Shown: piece after piece, positions 16,394-26,118 of the stretch
How the letters are laid out: every line of letters begins with the position of its first letter
How positions within the stretch are numbered: the first letter of the stretch is position 1
Origin: Butyricicoccus sp.
GTDB taxonomy: Bacteria; Bacillota; Clostridia; Oscillospirales; Butyricicoccaceae
Assembly: GCF_050872565.1 (NCBI RefSeq)
Contig: NZ_JBNMHC010000001.1
Coordinates: 1 to 54,641 of the forward strand
Direction: 5' to 3'
DNA: 54,641 bases
Notes under the pieces: model-generated
Seen by the model: the letters and a program-made list of their open reading frames with translations, nothing else
Told to the model about the DNA's origin: nothing
Database searches by the model: none
Position numbers and translations under genes: made by a program

Positions 16394-19264
16394 GTGAAGA
16401 ACAAATTTTTCCAAAGTCATGATTCCTCTCAGAATCAAAAATCTCAACTCTTTCAACAGGAAAAGGTCTCTTCTACCGGAGATGTTTTTTCCAAAAATCT
16501 GCATCAAGAAGATTTTAACCATGCCAATGCAAGCGAACAAAAGCCATTGATGGCAGATATTCTCAAGGAAATTGGAATGACTATAGTTGACGATCCTGAG
16601 CAATCTCATTCACAGCAAGAATCTTCTTTGACACCAGATTCTCAGGCGCAATCATTGCCAGGGCAAACTTTTAGTAATCCAGTGCCTATAGAAACACAAC
16701 CCTCTATCTTCCATGCGAACCATGACAATCCATCTGCAACCCAGCCAGAAAGTATTTTTACTTCCAACTTGGCTTCTCCACACGAATCCGCACTGTCCGA
16801 TCATCCCGCAGCTTCGCTTATACATTCTTCGGAACCGCTTTCCGGTTCTGATTCACATACCCGGCCCGAAAGCATTTTTGCTTCCAGCTTAGCTTCCCCA
16901 CACGAATCTGCACTGTCCGATCATCCTGCAGCTTCCCTCGTACATCCTTCGGAACCGCTTTCCAGTTCTGATTCACACGCCCAGCCTGACAGCATCTTTG
17001 CTTCCAGCTTGGCTTCCCCGCACGAATCTGCACTGTCCGATCATCCAGCAGCTTCCCTCGTGCATCCTTCGGAACCGCTTTCTGGTTCTGATTCACACGC
17101 CCAGCCCGAAAGCATTTTTGCTTCCAGCTTAGCTTCCCCGCACGAATCTGCACTGTCTGATAGTCCAGTAGCTTCCCTCGTGCATCCTTCGGAACCGCTT
17201 TCCAGTTCTGATTCACACGACCAACCTGAAAGTATTTTTGCTTCCAGCTTGGCTTCTCCGCACGAATCTGCACTGTCTGATAGTCCAGTAGCTTCGCTTG
17301 TACATACATCAGATGAAATATTTGATTCTGATTTTTCTTCACAGTCCGAAAACAGATTCACTTCTAGTCTAATATCTGATGAAAAAGAAGGTGCTATTGA
17401 TTCCGATCCTGATTTTCAACCGGAAAGCACATTTGCTTCCAGTCTACTTTCTTCTGACACAACAGCGTCCAAAGAACAACTGAAACATGATTCTCTTTCT
17501 CACCAAGAAAATACATTCTCATCAAATTTATTAAATAGAGATTCTACACCACATACAGACGAATCCACATTAGAGTATGCCGGTATTTCTCCAAAAGAAA
17601 AAGCTCATTCTCTCTTAGTAAGCAAGAGCAAACATGATACAGTTCATGATCTTAAAACACCCGCAGATAGCATTGCTCCCAGTCGAGCTGATATTTACGC
17701 GGATTCTCTGTCCAGCTCTTCACCTAAAAAATCCAGATTAAAAGACGCACTCTATCACAATGCAATCCGTGGTGGCGGTGCATCAGAAGAATATGCAGAC
17801 CGTGCCGCTGCGGCAGAACGCCGTACTATTGTGACTGGTGCCGCTATGACATATAGTGCATCCAAAAAAGTTGCAAAGGCAGCATATCGTCAAGGAAAAT
17901 TTGCTTTTCTGTCTCATAAAGACCGAAAAGATGGGATATTGACAGACAAGAAATCTATCCTGTTAAAAAATGGAAGATTTGCAGCGAAACAAGGAAAAGA
18001 ACTATTCAAAGACGCTGGAAAACGTTTAGCACATGAAGGCTTGCTGGTTGCCGAAGATATAGAAGGCTCCGAAGACCTTGGTATGCAGGCTGTAATCAAA
18101 ACTAAAAATGTTGTTCGTGATACGTCACGAATGGCATCCGGTGCCAAGCGTCTTTTCGGAAAGAATAAGCCTAAACAGTCTTTTTTGCAAGTTTTGCGCC
18201 AGACTCCATCTGCTGTATCAAAAGTCGTTGCCAATACCGGTCATACTTTCTCTAAAGCCATTACCGGCATTGCAAAAATGTCACGTTCTTTCGGTGTCAT
18301 TGCTATCATTTCGTTATTTTTAGTTGTTACCTTGCTTGCAATGCCTGTTGCATATGCCGTTGTGGGTGCTGCATCACTGGCAAGCGATGATGAAACACTG
18401 ACCGAAGTATACACGTACATCACGGAATTAGATGCAAAACTTTCTAAGAAAATCAACGGATACAGCAGCAAGGCGGATGTTGTTTCTTATACCTACAACG
18501 GTGCTGAAACAATTGATCCGATTACAATCACCACCAATCCCGATCCAATTTTGAATTATTTAGATTGTGTATACGGCGATTATAAATTTTCTGATGTCAA
18601 ATCTGCAATTGATGATATTTATTCCGCTGTCTATAAGATAGATGTTTCTGAATATGTACAGGACGTTTCCGGAACAAGTGAAGCAGACAAAAAAACGACA
18701 ACTGATACCGTTGTCGATAAAGATGATACACAAGATGGCACTTCAACTGACGGAAAAACGGACGAAAAGAAAGATACCGATCTTATTTTGACATACACAC
18801 CTACTTATGGCGGTATTGTATCAAAGAAACCCGGTTCCACATTAACAACAGCTATTCTGAACAATTCAAAATGTCTCGGTCAATTTAAACTGACTTTTTA
18901 TTGTGGCTGCCCGATTTGTTCTGAACAATGGGGCACGCAAACGGCAACTGGTGTGACCGCCACAGAAGGTCGTACTATCGCAGTTGACCCGAAAGTGATT
19001 CCATACGGCACAAAGGTTCATATTGATGGCTTTGGTGATTTCATTGCAGAAGACTGCGGCGGCGCAATCAAGGGCAATCGAATTGATATTTTCGTTAGTG
19101 ACCATCAGCGGTGTAATAACCTTGGCGTACAGTACGCTGCTGTGTATGCCATGAATAGCAATGTAACCGGCGGCATCTATATTCCGGGAATCAGTAAAAA
19201 TGAAGTCAAGCATATGGATGTCAATGTCACATCTGAAACGCTGATTACATATTTGCAAAATTAG
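16394..19264 (+). CDS. Conjugative cell-wall hydrolase, N-terminal part (Ser-rich repeats, TM segment, 3D domain), ending in an in-frame TAG
   Basis: 3D motif GRTIAVDPKVIPYGT...AEDCGGAIKGNRIDIF; same frame as 19265-20188. Confidence 0.8.
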   Translation: MKNKFFQSHDSSQNQKSQLFQQEKVSSTGDVFSKNLHQEDFNHANASEQKPLMADILKEIGMTIVDDPEQSHSQQESSLTPDSQAQSLPGQTFSNPVPIETQPSIFHANHDNPSATQPESIFTSNLASPHESALSDHPAASLIHSSEPLSGSDSHTRPESIFASSLASPHESALSDHPAASLVHPSEPLSSSDSHAQPDSIFASSLASPHESALSDHPAASLVHPSEPLSGSDSHAQPESIFASSLASPHESALSDSPVASLVHPSEPLSSSDSHDQPESIFASSLASPHESALSDSPVASLVHTSDEIFDSDFSSQSENRFTSSLISDEKEGAIDSDPDFQPESTFASSLLSSDTTASKEQLKHDSLSHQENTFSSNLLNRDSTPHTDESTLEYAGISPKEKAHSLLVSKSKHDTVHDLKTPADSIAPSRADIYADSLSSSSPKKSRLKDALYHNAIRGGGASEEYADRAAAAERRTIVTGAAMTYSASKKVAKAAYRQGKFAFLSHKDRKDGILTDKKSILLKNGRFAAKQGKELFKDAGKRLAHEGLLVAEDIEGSEDLGMQAVIKTKNVVRDTSRMASGAKRLFGKNKPKQSFLQVLRQTPSAVSKVVANTGHTFSKAITGIAKMSRSFGVIAIISLFLVVTLLAMPVAYAVVGAASLASDDETLTEVYTYITELDAKLSKKINGYSSKADVVSYTYNGAETIDPITITTNPDPILNYLDCVYGDYKFSDVKSAIDDIYSAVYKIDVSEYVQDVSGTSEADKKTTTDTVVDKDDTQDGTSTDGKTDEKKDTDLILTYTPTYGGIVSKKPGSTLTTAILNNSKCLGQFKLTFYCGCPICSEQWGTQTATGVTATEGRTIAVDPKVIPYGTKVHIDGFGDFIAEDCGGAIKGNRIDIFVSDHQRCNNLGVQYAAVYAMNSNVTGGIYIPGISKNEVKHMDVNVTSETLITYLQN
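16741..17310 (+). repeat. 120-bp (40-aa) tandem repeat, about 4.7 copies
   Basis: Units start at 16741, 16861, 16981, 17101 and 17221 (QPESIFASSLASPHESALSD...). Confidence 0.95.
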
Positions 19265-20188
19265 ATGAATCAGGATGAAAAGGATAAATCTGATTTGATG
19301 AATCAACTCGGTCAGTACACTACCCATATGAATTACGGTTCACCACTGGAAAGCAACGCATGGAGCATTGCCCGTAGATATGGCTATCAGTATAGCAGCG
19401 GTTCTATCAGCCAGCATTTCGGCATTGATATTACCGTCAGCACAGGTCAAAAACTTCTTGCGGTTACATCCGGCACAATCACAGAAATCGGTTCGGACGC
19501 GGAACACGGCACGTATCTTGTCTTGGAAAAAGGAAAAAACAAATTTCTGTACGGCAGTCTCGGAACAATCACTGTGAAGAAAGGCGACACGGTACAGCGT
19601 GGAGATGTGATTGCCAAATCCGGTCGTGCACCAGCGACTTGTGAAACCAATACCGTGCACATAGAATACACGCACGATGGCAAATCCTTAAATCCATCCT
19701 TCTATTTATATAACGAACTCGCCAGCAGCAACGCAACCGGCACAGGCAGCACAGATATTGTTGAAGTTGCCCGTTCTCAGCTCGGTCAACGTGGTGGTCA
19801 GCCATATTGGAGTTACATGGGCTTTCATTCTCGAGTCGCATGGTGTGCATCATTTGTCAGCTGGTGTGCAAACCAGTGCGGCTATATTGACGCTGGCATC
19901 ATTCCAAAATTCGCCGCATGTCAAGCACAGGGTATTCCTTGGTTCCAACAGCACGGTCAATGGCAAGATCGTTCGTATACGCCCGCTCCCGGAGATATTA
20001 TCTTTTTCGACTGGGAAAACGATGGACATTCTGACCACGTAGGTATTGTAGAAAGAGTAGAAAACGGCATGGTCTATACCATCGAAGGCAATAGCAGCGA
20101 TGCCGTAAACGAACGCAAATACACCTTAGGCAGCAGCCAAATCTGCGGATATGGCGTGCCTCAGTATCCAAAAGGAGATAAATCATGA
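19265..20188 (+). CDS. M23-like + CHAP domain wall hydrolase (probably the C-terminal part of the upstream gene)
   Basis: HFGIDI (M23), WCASFVSWC...HVGIV...IEGN (CHAP); ATG directly follows the TAG with no RBS. Confidence 0.85.
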   Translation: MNQDEKDKSDLMNQLGQYTTHMNYGSPLESNAWSIARRYGYQYSSGSISQHFGIDITVSTGQKLLAVTSGTITEIGSDAEHGTYLVLEKGKNKFLYGSLGTITVKKGDTVQRGDVIAKSGRAPATCETNTVHIEYTHDGKSLNPSFYLYNELASSNATGTGSTDIVEVARSQLGQRGGQPYWSYMGFHSRVAWCASFVSWCANQCGYIDAGIIPKFAACQAQGIPWFQQHGQWQDRSYTPAPGDIIFFDWENDGHSDHVGIVERVENGMVYTIEGNSSDAVNERKYTLGSSQICGYGVPQYPKGDKS

Positions 20189-20571
20189 ACGCAACGATTG
20201 ATAAGTTGAACGAAAAGCTTGATGCAAAGAGAGCTGACTATAAGCGTACTGAAGAAAAGATTGCCAAGCTGCAATCCAGAATTGACACAGAAAAGGGGCG
20301 TTTGGACAAACTGACCGCCGATGTAAAAGCTATCGAAGGAGAAATCATTATTCAGATGGTTCGCAGCAGCGACATTTCTCTCAGCGAATTACCGGATATT
20401 CTGGCTGTATATCAGCGTTCCGAACAAACCACCTCCGCAGAAGAACCTTCTGCGGAGCCGAAAGTGTTGAATCCAGTATCCTCTGTTGCAACTACTGCGA
20501 ATGAATCTCACACCAACGATGATACAAATCATTCTATCTATTCAAGTCCGTTTTCTACAAATACACGGTGA
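20185..20571 (+). CDS. Coiled-coil hypothetical protein (DUF4315-like position)
   Basis: ATGA overlap, RBS AAGGAG, N-terminal heptad pattern. Confidence 0.65.
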   Translation: MNATIDKLNEKLDAKRADYKRTEEKIAKLQSRIDTEKGRLDKLTADVKAIEGEIIIQMVRSSDISLSELPDILAVYQRSEQTTSAEEPSAEPKVLNPVSSVATTANESHTNDDTNHSIYSSPFSTNTR

Positions 20572-20891
20572 ATAATATGTACAACACAATTCAAGATATA
20601 ACTTTTCTCCAACAGACAGACTTGGGTGAAGAAAGTTTCTCTGCCGTACTAAAAGCGTACAAACGTACCATTCAATTTATTGAAAAGCAAAACTTTGATT
20701 TGACTGGATACCATTTGTGTGAATTTAATTTTTTAACTGATCCTGAAACAGATAAAAATGTAGGCTATCTTTATGCATTCATAAAAAACAATTGCCCTCA
20801 ACCACAAACCGGATATTTTGAAATTTGGTATGTCGATGCCGAACATATTTCTTGCTTTGGTCGCAAAAAAATTAAGCCATTTAAGCTTTAA
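20568..20891 (+). CDS. Hypothetical protein
   Basis: GTGA overlap with the upstream gene; 107 aa. Confidence 0.5.
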   Translation: MNNMYNTIQDITFLQQTDLGEESFSAVLKAYKRTIQFIEKQNFDLTGYHLCEFNFLTDPETDKNVGYLYAFIKNNCPQPQTGYFEIWYVDAEHISCFGRKKIKPFKL

Positions 20892-21040
20892 TTCTTTTTT
20901 CTTCTCTTTGATTGAAACGTTCAATCACAATCTCTTCCGGAACTTCTTTTTCCGGATCATCTATAAAACTCCACTCATCTGAGTGTTTAAATAAACTACA
21001 AACCACATATTCCAATTTATTTTAAGGAAGGAGTCTTCAC

Positions 21041-22408
21041 ATGAAGAAAAAGAAACTTTTGTGCTTGCTGTCCGCGTTTTGTATCACAGCAAGCAGTATG
21101 CTTCCAGCTTTTGCAGCAGAAGGTATCGAAGGAGAAGAGGATGTCACGCTGGACTTTGACACGACTGCAACATCTTCTTATTCCAAAAACGCCGCTTCCA
21201 ACGGCAATCTGATCGTTACTATTGATCCCGGTCATGGCGGTAAGGATTCCGGTGCAACAGCTAAGTACAATGGAAAGACGGTAAATGAAAAAGATCTGAA
21301 TCTGAAGATTGCACAGGCGTGCAAAGAGGAGTTGGAAAAGTATGACGGTGTGACTGTTTACATGACCCGTTCTACAGATACATATGTTGCCCTCTCAGAT
21401 CGTGTGCAATATGCCGCTGATAGACATTCCAATCTGATTGTCAGTATGCATAATGATGCTTCAGATAGCTCGTCAGTAAATGGAACGCTTATGTTGCTGC
21501 CCATTCAATCCACATATCGCCCCAACCTTTTGACCGAAGCCAAAAAATCTGCAACGCAGATTCATAACAATTTGGTTTCCCTCGGATTGAAAAATCGCGG
21601 TTATCTCCAACGTGAAGGATCGACCAAGTATCCGGATGGATCGACTGCGGATTATTACAGTATTTTGCGTAACGGCACCAAAGCCAATATTCCAAGCATG
21701 ATCGTTGAAAATGCTGTGCTCACCAGCAAGCATGACTACACCAACTATTTGTCTTCTGATGCCAAATTAAAGGCTTTGGGCGTTGCTGATGCACAGGGTA
21801 TCGTAAAAGCATATAACCTGAAGGAAAAGGGTGCTGAAAACAGCGCTGCTGCTCTCGGAGATGCGCCATTTACGGATGTCTATAACACCGACTGGTATTA
21901 CTCTCCTGTGATCTGGGGCTATAACACTGGTGTTATCCATGGTGTAACGCAAACGACATTCGCTCCGAAAGACATCTGCACGAGAGCGCAGGCTGTCCAG
22001 ATGATTTACGGATATGTCGATAACCCTGACACGGATGATATGGAAATGCCGTTTACGGATGTATCCTCTGATGCATGGTATGCAGACGCAGTCAATTGGG
22101 CATTCAATGTCGGTGTAACCTCTGGTACATCTGATACTACTTTCTCTCCGAATGATACATGCACTCGCGCTCAGATCGTTCAGATGCTCTGGAGACTGTT
22201 TGGTGTACCGATTGTAGATGAAACGTCCAACTTTACGGATGTATCCTCTGATGCTTGGTATGCCAACGCAGTAAACTGGGCTGCTAAAAATCATATCACT
22301 GCTGGCACATCTGCAACGACATTCTCCCCGGACAATGCTTGTACTCGTGCTGAGATCATTACGTTTATGTACAATGTCTCTGCATATTCTTATACAGGAA
22401 ATGATTAA
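21041..22408 (+). CDS. N-acetylmuramoyl-L-alanine amidase (Amidase_3) with three SLH domains
   Basis: Signal peptide; IDPGHGG, EKDLNL, SMHND, IVENA; three FTDV..WY...TRA repeats. Confidence 0.92.
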   Translation: MKKKKLLCLLSAFCITASSMLPAFAAEGIEGEEDVTLDFDTTATSSYSKNAASNGNLIVTIDPGHGGKDSGATAKYNGKTVNEKDLNLKIAQACKEELEKYDGVTVYMTRSTDTYVALSDRVQYAADRHSNLIVSMHNDASDSSSVNGTLMLLPIQSTYRPNLLTEAKKSATQIHNNLVSLGLKNRGYLQREGSTKYPDGSTADYYSILRNGTKANIPSMIVENAVLTSKHDYTNYLSSDAKLKALGVADAQGIVKAYNLKEKGAENSAAALGDAPFTDVYNTDWYYSPVIWGYNTGVIHGVTQTTFAPKDICTRAQAVQMIYGYVDNPDTDDMEMPFTDVSSDAWYADAVNWAFNVGVTSGTSDTTFSPNDTCTRAQIVQMLWRLFGVPIVDETSNFTDVSSDAWYANAVNWAAKNHITAGTSATTFSPDNACTRAEIITFMYNVSAYSYTGND

Positions 22409-22435
22409 ATGCAGAGCATTTAGGAGGTCTATCCG

Positions 22436-24484
22436 ATGAAATTTTTAAAACGAGCCTTCGGCGGCATTCTCTCTGCCGTCATGGTTTTAAGCTGCATGGT
22501 TCCAGCATTTGCTGCAACCGATGTTGTCAAATCATATAAATCTTCGTATCAATACATTTCCGGTGAATCAGATAAACTAGGTTATCGTGCAGAAACTGTT
22601 GCCAGTGTATCGCAAGGTGCATATGCCGGTCTGCCTGCATATTGTCTGGAATTCCATAAAACGATGTCAACTGGTGTTCATTTGACGGAAAATTCATCCT
22701 TCTTTGCGACATTATCAGCAGCAGGTCTGAGCAATGAACAGATTTCCGGCGTTGCCTATACATCCATTTATGGTTATCCAAACTTTAATTACGGCATTGA
22801 CGATACAGACGCTCTGTATGTTGCAACGCAGTGGATTATCTGGGAATATGCCCTCGGTTATCGAACCTCAGCAGACGGCGATCATCCAACCGCCGGATTA
22901 AATGGTTCTTTTATCGCTCAGTATGCATCTACAGAAAAGGAACAGCAGGATGCACTTCGGAAATATTTGAATGATAATTCGTTCGATATTCGCCAGCGAT
23001 TCTGGTATGCCATCAATAAAAAGAACTATGCCAATGTCAAAGCTGCCTATTGCGGCATCTTAAACAATATCAAGAACACCACTGCATCGCCGTCCTTCGC
23101 TGGCGATCAATGGGCGTGGGGTAATCCGGTCACGCTAACATGGTCGGATAAAAATCAGCGTTATGAGGCTACTGTAACGGATACCAATCAATTACTCAAT
23201 AATGGTTGGTCTTGGTCTGCATCTTGTTCCAATTCAGATATTGGATTCTCTTATGATGGGAATAACATGACAATTTATACGCCTAAAGCCTTATCTGATT
23301 CAGAAAAAATCGTCATGACGAAAAAGCTCCCATCAGATGCACCAACGAGCGTCATTCTGATTAACGATGCAAAAGCATCTGCTCAGAAAATGCTTGTCGG
23401 TACATATCCAGTAGATGAAACCAAGCGGTATTTCCCTGTTCAGACGGAAACTGCTACTGGTAATATCCGGCTGACCAAAGAAAATCCGGATGGAGATAAG
23501 CTATCCGGCGCAATCTTTTCTGTTTATCAGGATACCAATAAAAACGGCACATATGATGCCGATGTAGACACCACATACGGCATGTTGTCAGAATCCCAGA
23601 CCGGTATTTACAGCCTAAGCAATGTCCCTATCGGCACATATTTCGTTCAGGAAACCACAGCACCAGAAGGATATTCATTGGACGAAAACATATATCCTAT
23701 CACGGTAAAAGTAAATGAAACATGCACCGTATCCAATCAAGGTGATGTGTTTGTCAATACGCCTGCCAAACCGGATACCGGTAATATTCAGCTGACAAAG
23801 GAAAATCCGGATGGAGATAAGCTCTCTGGTGCCATATTTACTGTCTTTTCGGATAGCAATAATAACGGAACCTATGATTTCAATGATTCTACATATGGAG
23901 AGTTAAAGGAAACAGCTTCCGGCAAATATGAATTGACAGATGTTCCTGTTGGTACATACTTCGTGCAAGAAACGACCGCGCCTGATGAATACACATTGGA
24001 TTCTACCGTTTATACAACTACAGTAAAATCCGGAGAAACATCTATCATCTCTACGAACGGAACCGCATTTATCAATGCTAAGATTCCGATCTTAAAGGTA
24101 GATAAAGATGGCAATGCCTTGGCAGGCGCCAAGTTGGTTCTTCGTGATGATTCCGATAAAGTCATTGACGCATGGACGACAACAACCGATGCACATGTAG
24201 TGAGCGGTCTTGTAACGGGCAAATCGTATACCCTTCACGAGACAGAAGCTCCTAATGGCTATAAGACCGCAGAAGACATAACTTTTACTGCTACAGCTTA
24301 CAACAAAGGAAATGTAGTCACTATTGGCGGCAATCCAGCGGCATCCGTCACAATGACAGACGAGGACGAATCACTTATCATTCTTCCAGAGACCGGCGGC
24401 ATGGGCAATGCACTGTTCATTTTGATTGGCACTTGCCTGATAGGTGCTGCTGCTATCATTCACTATCGCAAGAAACCGATGTAA
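22436..24484 (+). CDS. Pilus tip adhesin: thioester (TED/TQXA-like) domain + SpaA/CnaB repeats + LPETG
   Basis: AYCLE and ATQWIIW thioester motifs; duplicated TGNIxLTKENPDGDKLSGAIF; E-box YFVQETTAP; LPETG-TM-basic tail. Confidence 0.85.
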   Translation: MKFLKRAFGGILSAVMVLSCMVPAFAATDVVKSYKSSYQYISGESDKLGYRAETVASVSQGAYAGLPAYCLEFHKTMSTGVHLTENSSFFATLSAAGLSNEQISGVAYTSIYGYPNFNYGIDDTDALYVATQWIIWEYALGYRTSADGDHPTAGLNGSFIAQYASTEKEQQDALRKYLNDNSFDIRQRFWYAINKKNYANVKAAYCGILNNIKNTTASPSFAGDQWAWGNPVTLTWSDKNQRYEATVTDTNQLLNNGWSWSASCSNSDIGFSYDGNNMTIYTPKALSDSEKIVMTKKLPSDAPTSVILINDAKASAQKMLVGTYPVDETKRYFPVQTETATGNIRLTKENPDGDKLSGAIFSVYQDTNKNGTYDADVDTTYGMLSESQTGIYSLSNVPIGTYFVQETTAPEGYSLDENIYPITVKVNETCTVSNQGDVFVNTPAKPDTGNIQLTKENPDGDKLSGAIFTVFSDSNNNGTYDFNDSTYGELKETASGKYELTDVPVGTYFVQETTAPDEYTLDSTVYTTTVKSGETSIISTNGTAFINAKIPILKVDKDGNALAGAKLVLRDDSDKVIDAWTTTTDAHVVSGLVTGKSYTLHETEAPNGYKTAEDITFTATAYNKGNVVTIGGNPAASVTMTDEDESLIILPETGGMGNALFILIGTCLIGAAAIIHYRKKPM

Positions 24485-24495
24485 TAGAAAAGTAG

Positions 24496-25317
24496 ATGAC
24501 CATGAAGAAAAATTTAAGCGTATGGATAATAGGCATTGTATTTCTAGCAGGCTTGTTAGTTTTACTCTACCCAGTAATCGGTAATCTTATCGCACAGAAA
24601 ACCAGCAACACAGAAATTGACACCTATAATGCCGCCGTATCAAATTTTACGGATGAAGAATCAGATCAGGCTTGGAAGGAGGCGGTTGAATACAATAAAA
24701 CGTTAGCAGGCTCTGCAATTTCTGATCCTTTTTCATCAACTACCACTGGTTCAGAACAATACAATCGTTTACTGAATATGTCTCACGGTATTATGGCGTA
24801 TATTGAAATTCCATCCATTCATGTTTATCTGCCCATCTATCACGGCACAGATGATGCTGTGTTGGAAAAGGGTGCTGGTCATATTTACGGCACTTCTCTC
24901 CCTGTCGGTGGCAAAGGTACACATGCTGTTATTGCAGGGCATACCGGACTTCCCGGAAAAAAGCTGTTTAACAATCTGGACAAGCTGGCAGAAGGCGATA
25001 CGTTTACGATTCATGTGCTGAATAAAACGCTGACATATACTGTTGACCAAATTCTTGTTGTTGACCCGCAAGATGTCAGTGCATTGCAAATCGTATCTGG
25101 TCAGGATTACGTCACTTTGGTAACCTGCACGCCGTATGGTATCAACACACATCGGTTGCTGGTTCGCGGTGTACGTACCAATTCCAATAGCGATACACAA
25201 GAATCTGAAAGTCAGCCTGTATACACAAGCAGTTTTGCTCATCTTATTCTGTCCGCAGTTGGTCTTCTGGCATTTCTTTTCCTTTTATATCGTTTTCAAA
25301 AAAAATATGCATCATAA
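24496..25317 (+). CDS. Class C (pilin-polymerising) sortase
   Basis: DPF lid, GHTGLP, TLVTCTPYGINTHRLLVRG. Confidence 0.95.
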   Translation: MTMKKNLSVWIIGIVFLAGLLVLLYPVIGNLIAQKTSNTEIDTYNAAVSNFTDEESDQAWKEAVEYNKTLAGSAISDPFSSTTTGSEQYNRLLNMSHGIMAYIEIPSIHVYLPIYHGTDDAVLEKGAGHIYGTSLPVGGKGTHAVIAGHTGLPGKKLFNNLDKLAEGDTFTIHVLNKTLTYTVDQILVVDPQDVSALQIVSGQDYVTLVTCTPYGINTHRLLVRGVRTNSNSDTQESESQPVYTSSFAHLILSAVGLLAFLFLLYRFQKKYAS

Positions 25318-25337
25318 TGAGGAAGGAGGTTATAAAA

Positions 25338-26105
25338 ATGAAGTTTAAGCATCACATGCGTTCGTTGTTCCTCTGTTTAACATTGGTAGCCGCAATCACG
25401 CCGGTATATGCATTTGCGGCTGATGAGAGTCCTGCGAAGGACTCCACAAATCAGCCCAGCACTTCTGTTTCGGATAGTAATTCAACCGATGATACTTCAC
25501 CAACAGTTCAATCTGGAACCATCACGGTATCCTATCTGGACGGAACAAACGGTATCTCCGGCGCAGCTTTTGATATTTACAAGATAGCAACCCGACAAGA
25601 GCACCTGACACTGGCATTTCAGCTCGTAGACGATCTTGCCGACTTGGATGTGAATATTACAACACCAGACAGCGATGACATTACAAAACTGGCATCCGCA
25701 GTAACAGAGAAGCAGCTTTCTGCTGTTGGATCAGCATCTACAGATGCCAATGGCAAAGCAGAATTTAGCAACGTAGAAGAAGGACTGTATCTGCTTGTCC
25801 AGACAAAAAGCACAGACAAATATGAAGATACAACACCATCCTTGATTTCTATTCCATCAACAGATGGTTCATATTCCGTTACTGCATTGCCAAAGTCATC
25901 GCGCAAGCCAGAAACCCCAACGAATCCAACAACTCCGTCTAAAACACCTACTACGACACCAACGATTACCAAATCACAGTCACCAAAAACAGGTGTTGAT
26001 GGAATGGATTACTCCATTCCAATGGCGGTCATGCTGGGTTCCGGTGCTACTTTAGTCGGTGCTACCCTTCTCAAATGCGCAACCAAAAAATCTGCAAAGA
26101 AATGA
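25338..26105 (+). CDS. Basal/ancillary pilin with Pro/Thr-rich stalk and SPKTG sorting signal
   Basis: Signal peptide, GLYLLVQT, TALPK, PT-rich region, SPKTG-TM-basic tail. Confidence 0.8.
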   Translation: MKFKHHMRSLFLCLTLVAAITPVYAFAADESPAKDSTNQPSTSVSDSNSTDDTSPTVQSGTITVSYLDGTNGISGAAFDIYKIATRQEHLTLAFQLVDDLADLDVNITTPDSDDITKLASAVTEKQLSAVGSASTDANGKAEFSNVEEGLYLLVQTKSTDKYEDTTPSLISIPSTDGSYSVTALPKSSRKPETPTNPTTPSKTPTTTPTITKSQSPKTGVDGMDYSIPMAVMLGSGATLVGATLLKCATKKSAKK

Positions 26106-26118
26106 AAAGGAGTTCATT

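Noticed and set aside
16741-17310. Regular repeats as a CRISPR array
   Set aside because: Contiguous in-frame 120-bp units with no unique spacers and no cas genes
19262-19264. Pyrrolysine recoding of the TAG
   Set aside because: No pyl genes or tRNA-Pyl in the window; the radical SAM gene looks like HydE and other TAG stops appear normal
20433-20457. 11-bp perfect hairpin inside a CDS
   Set aside because: No T-tract or second copy; function cannot be supported
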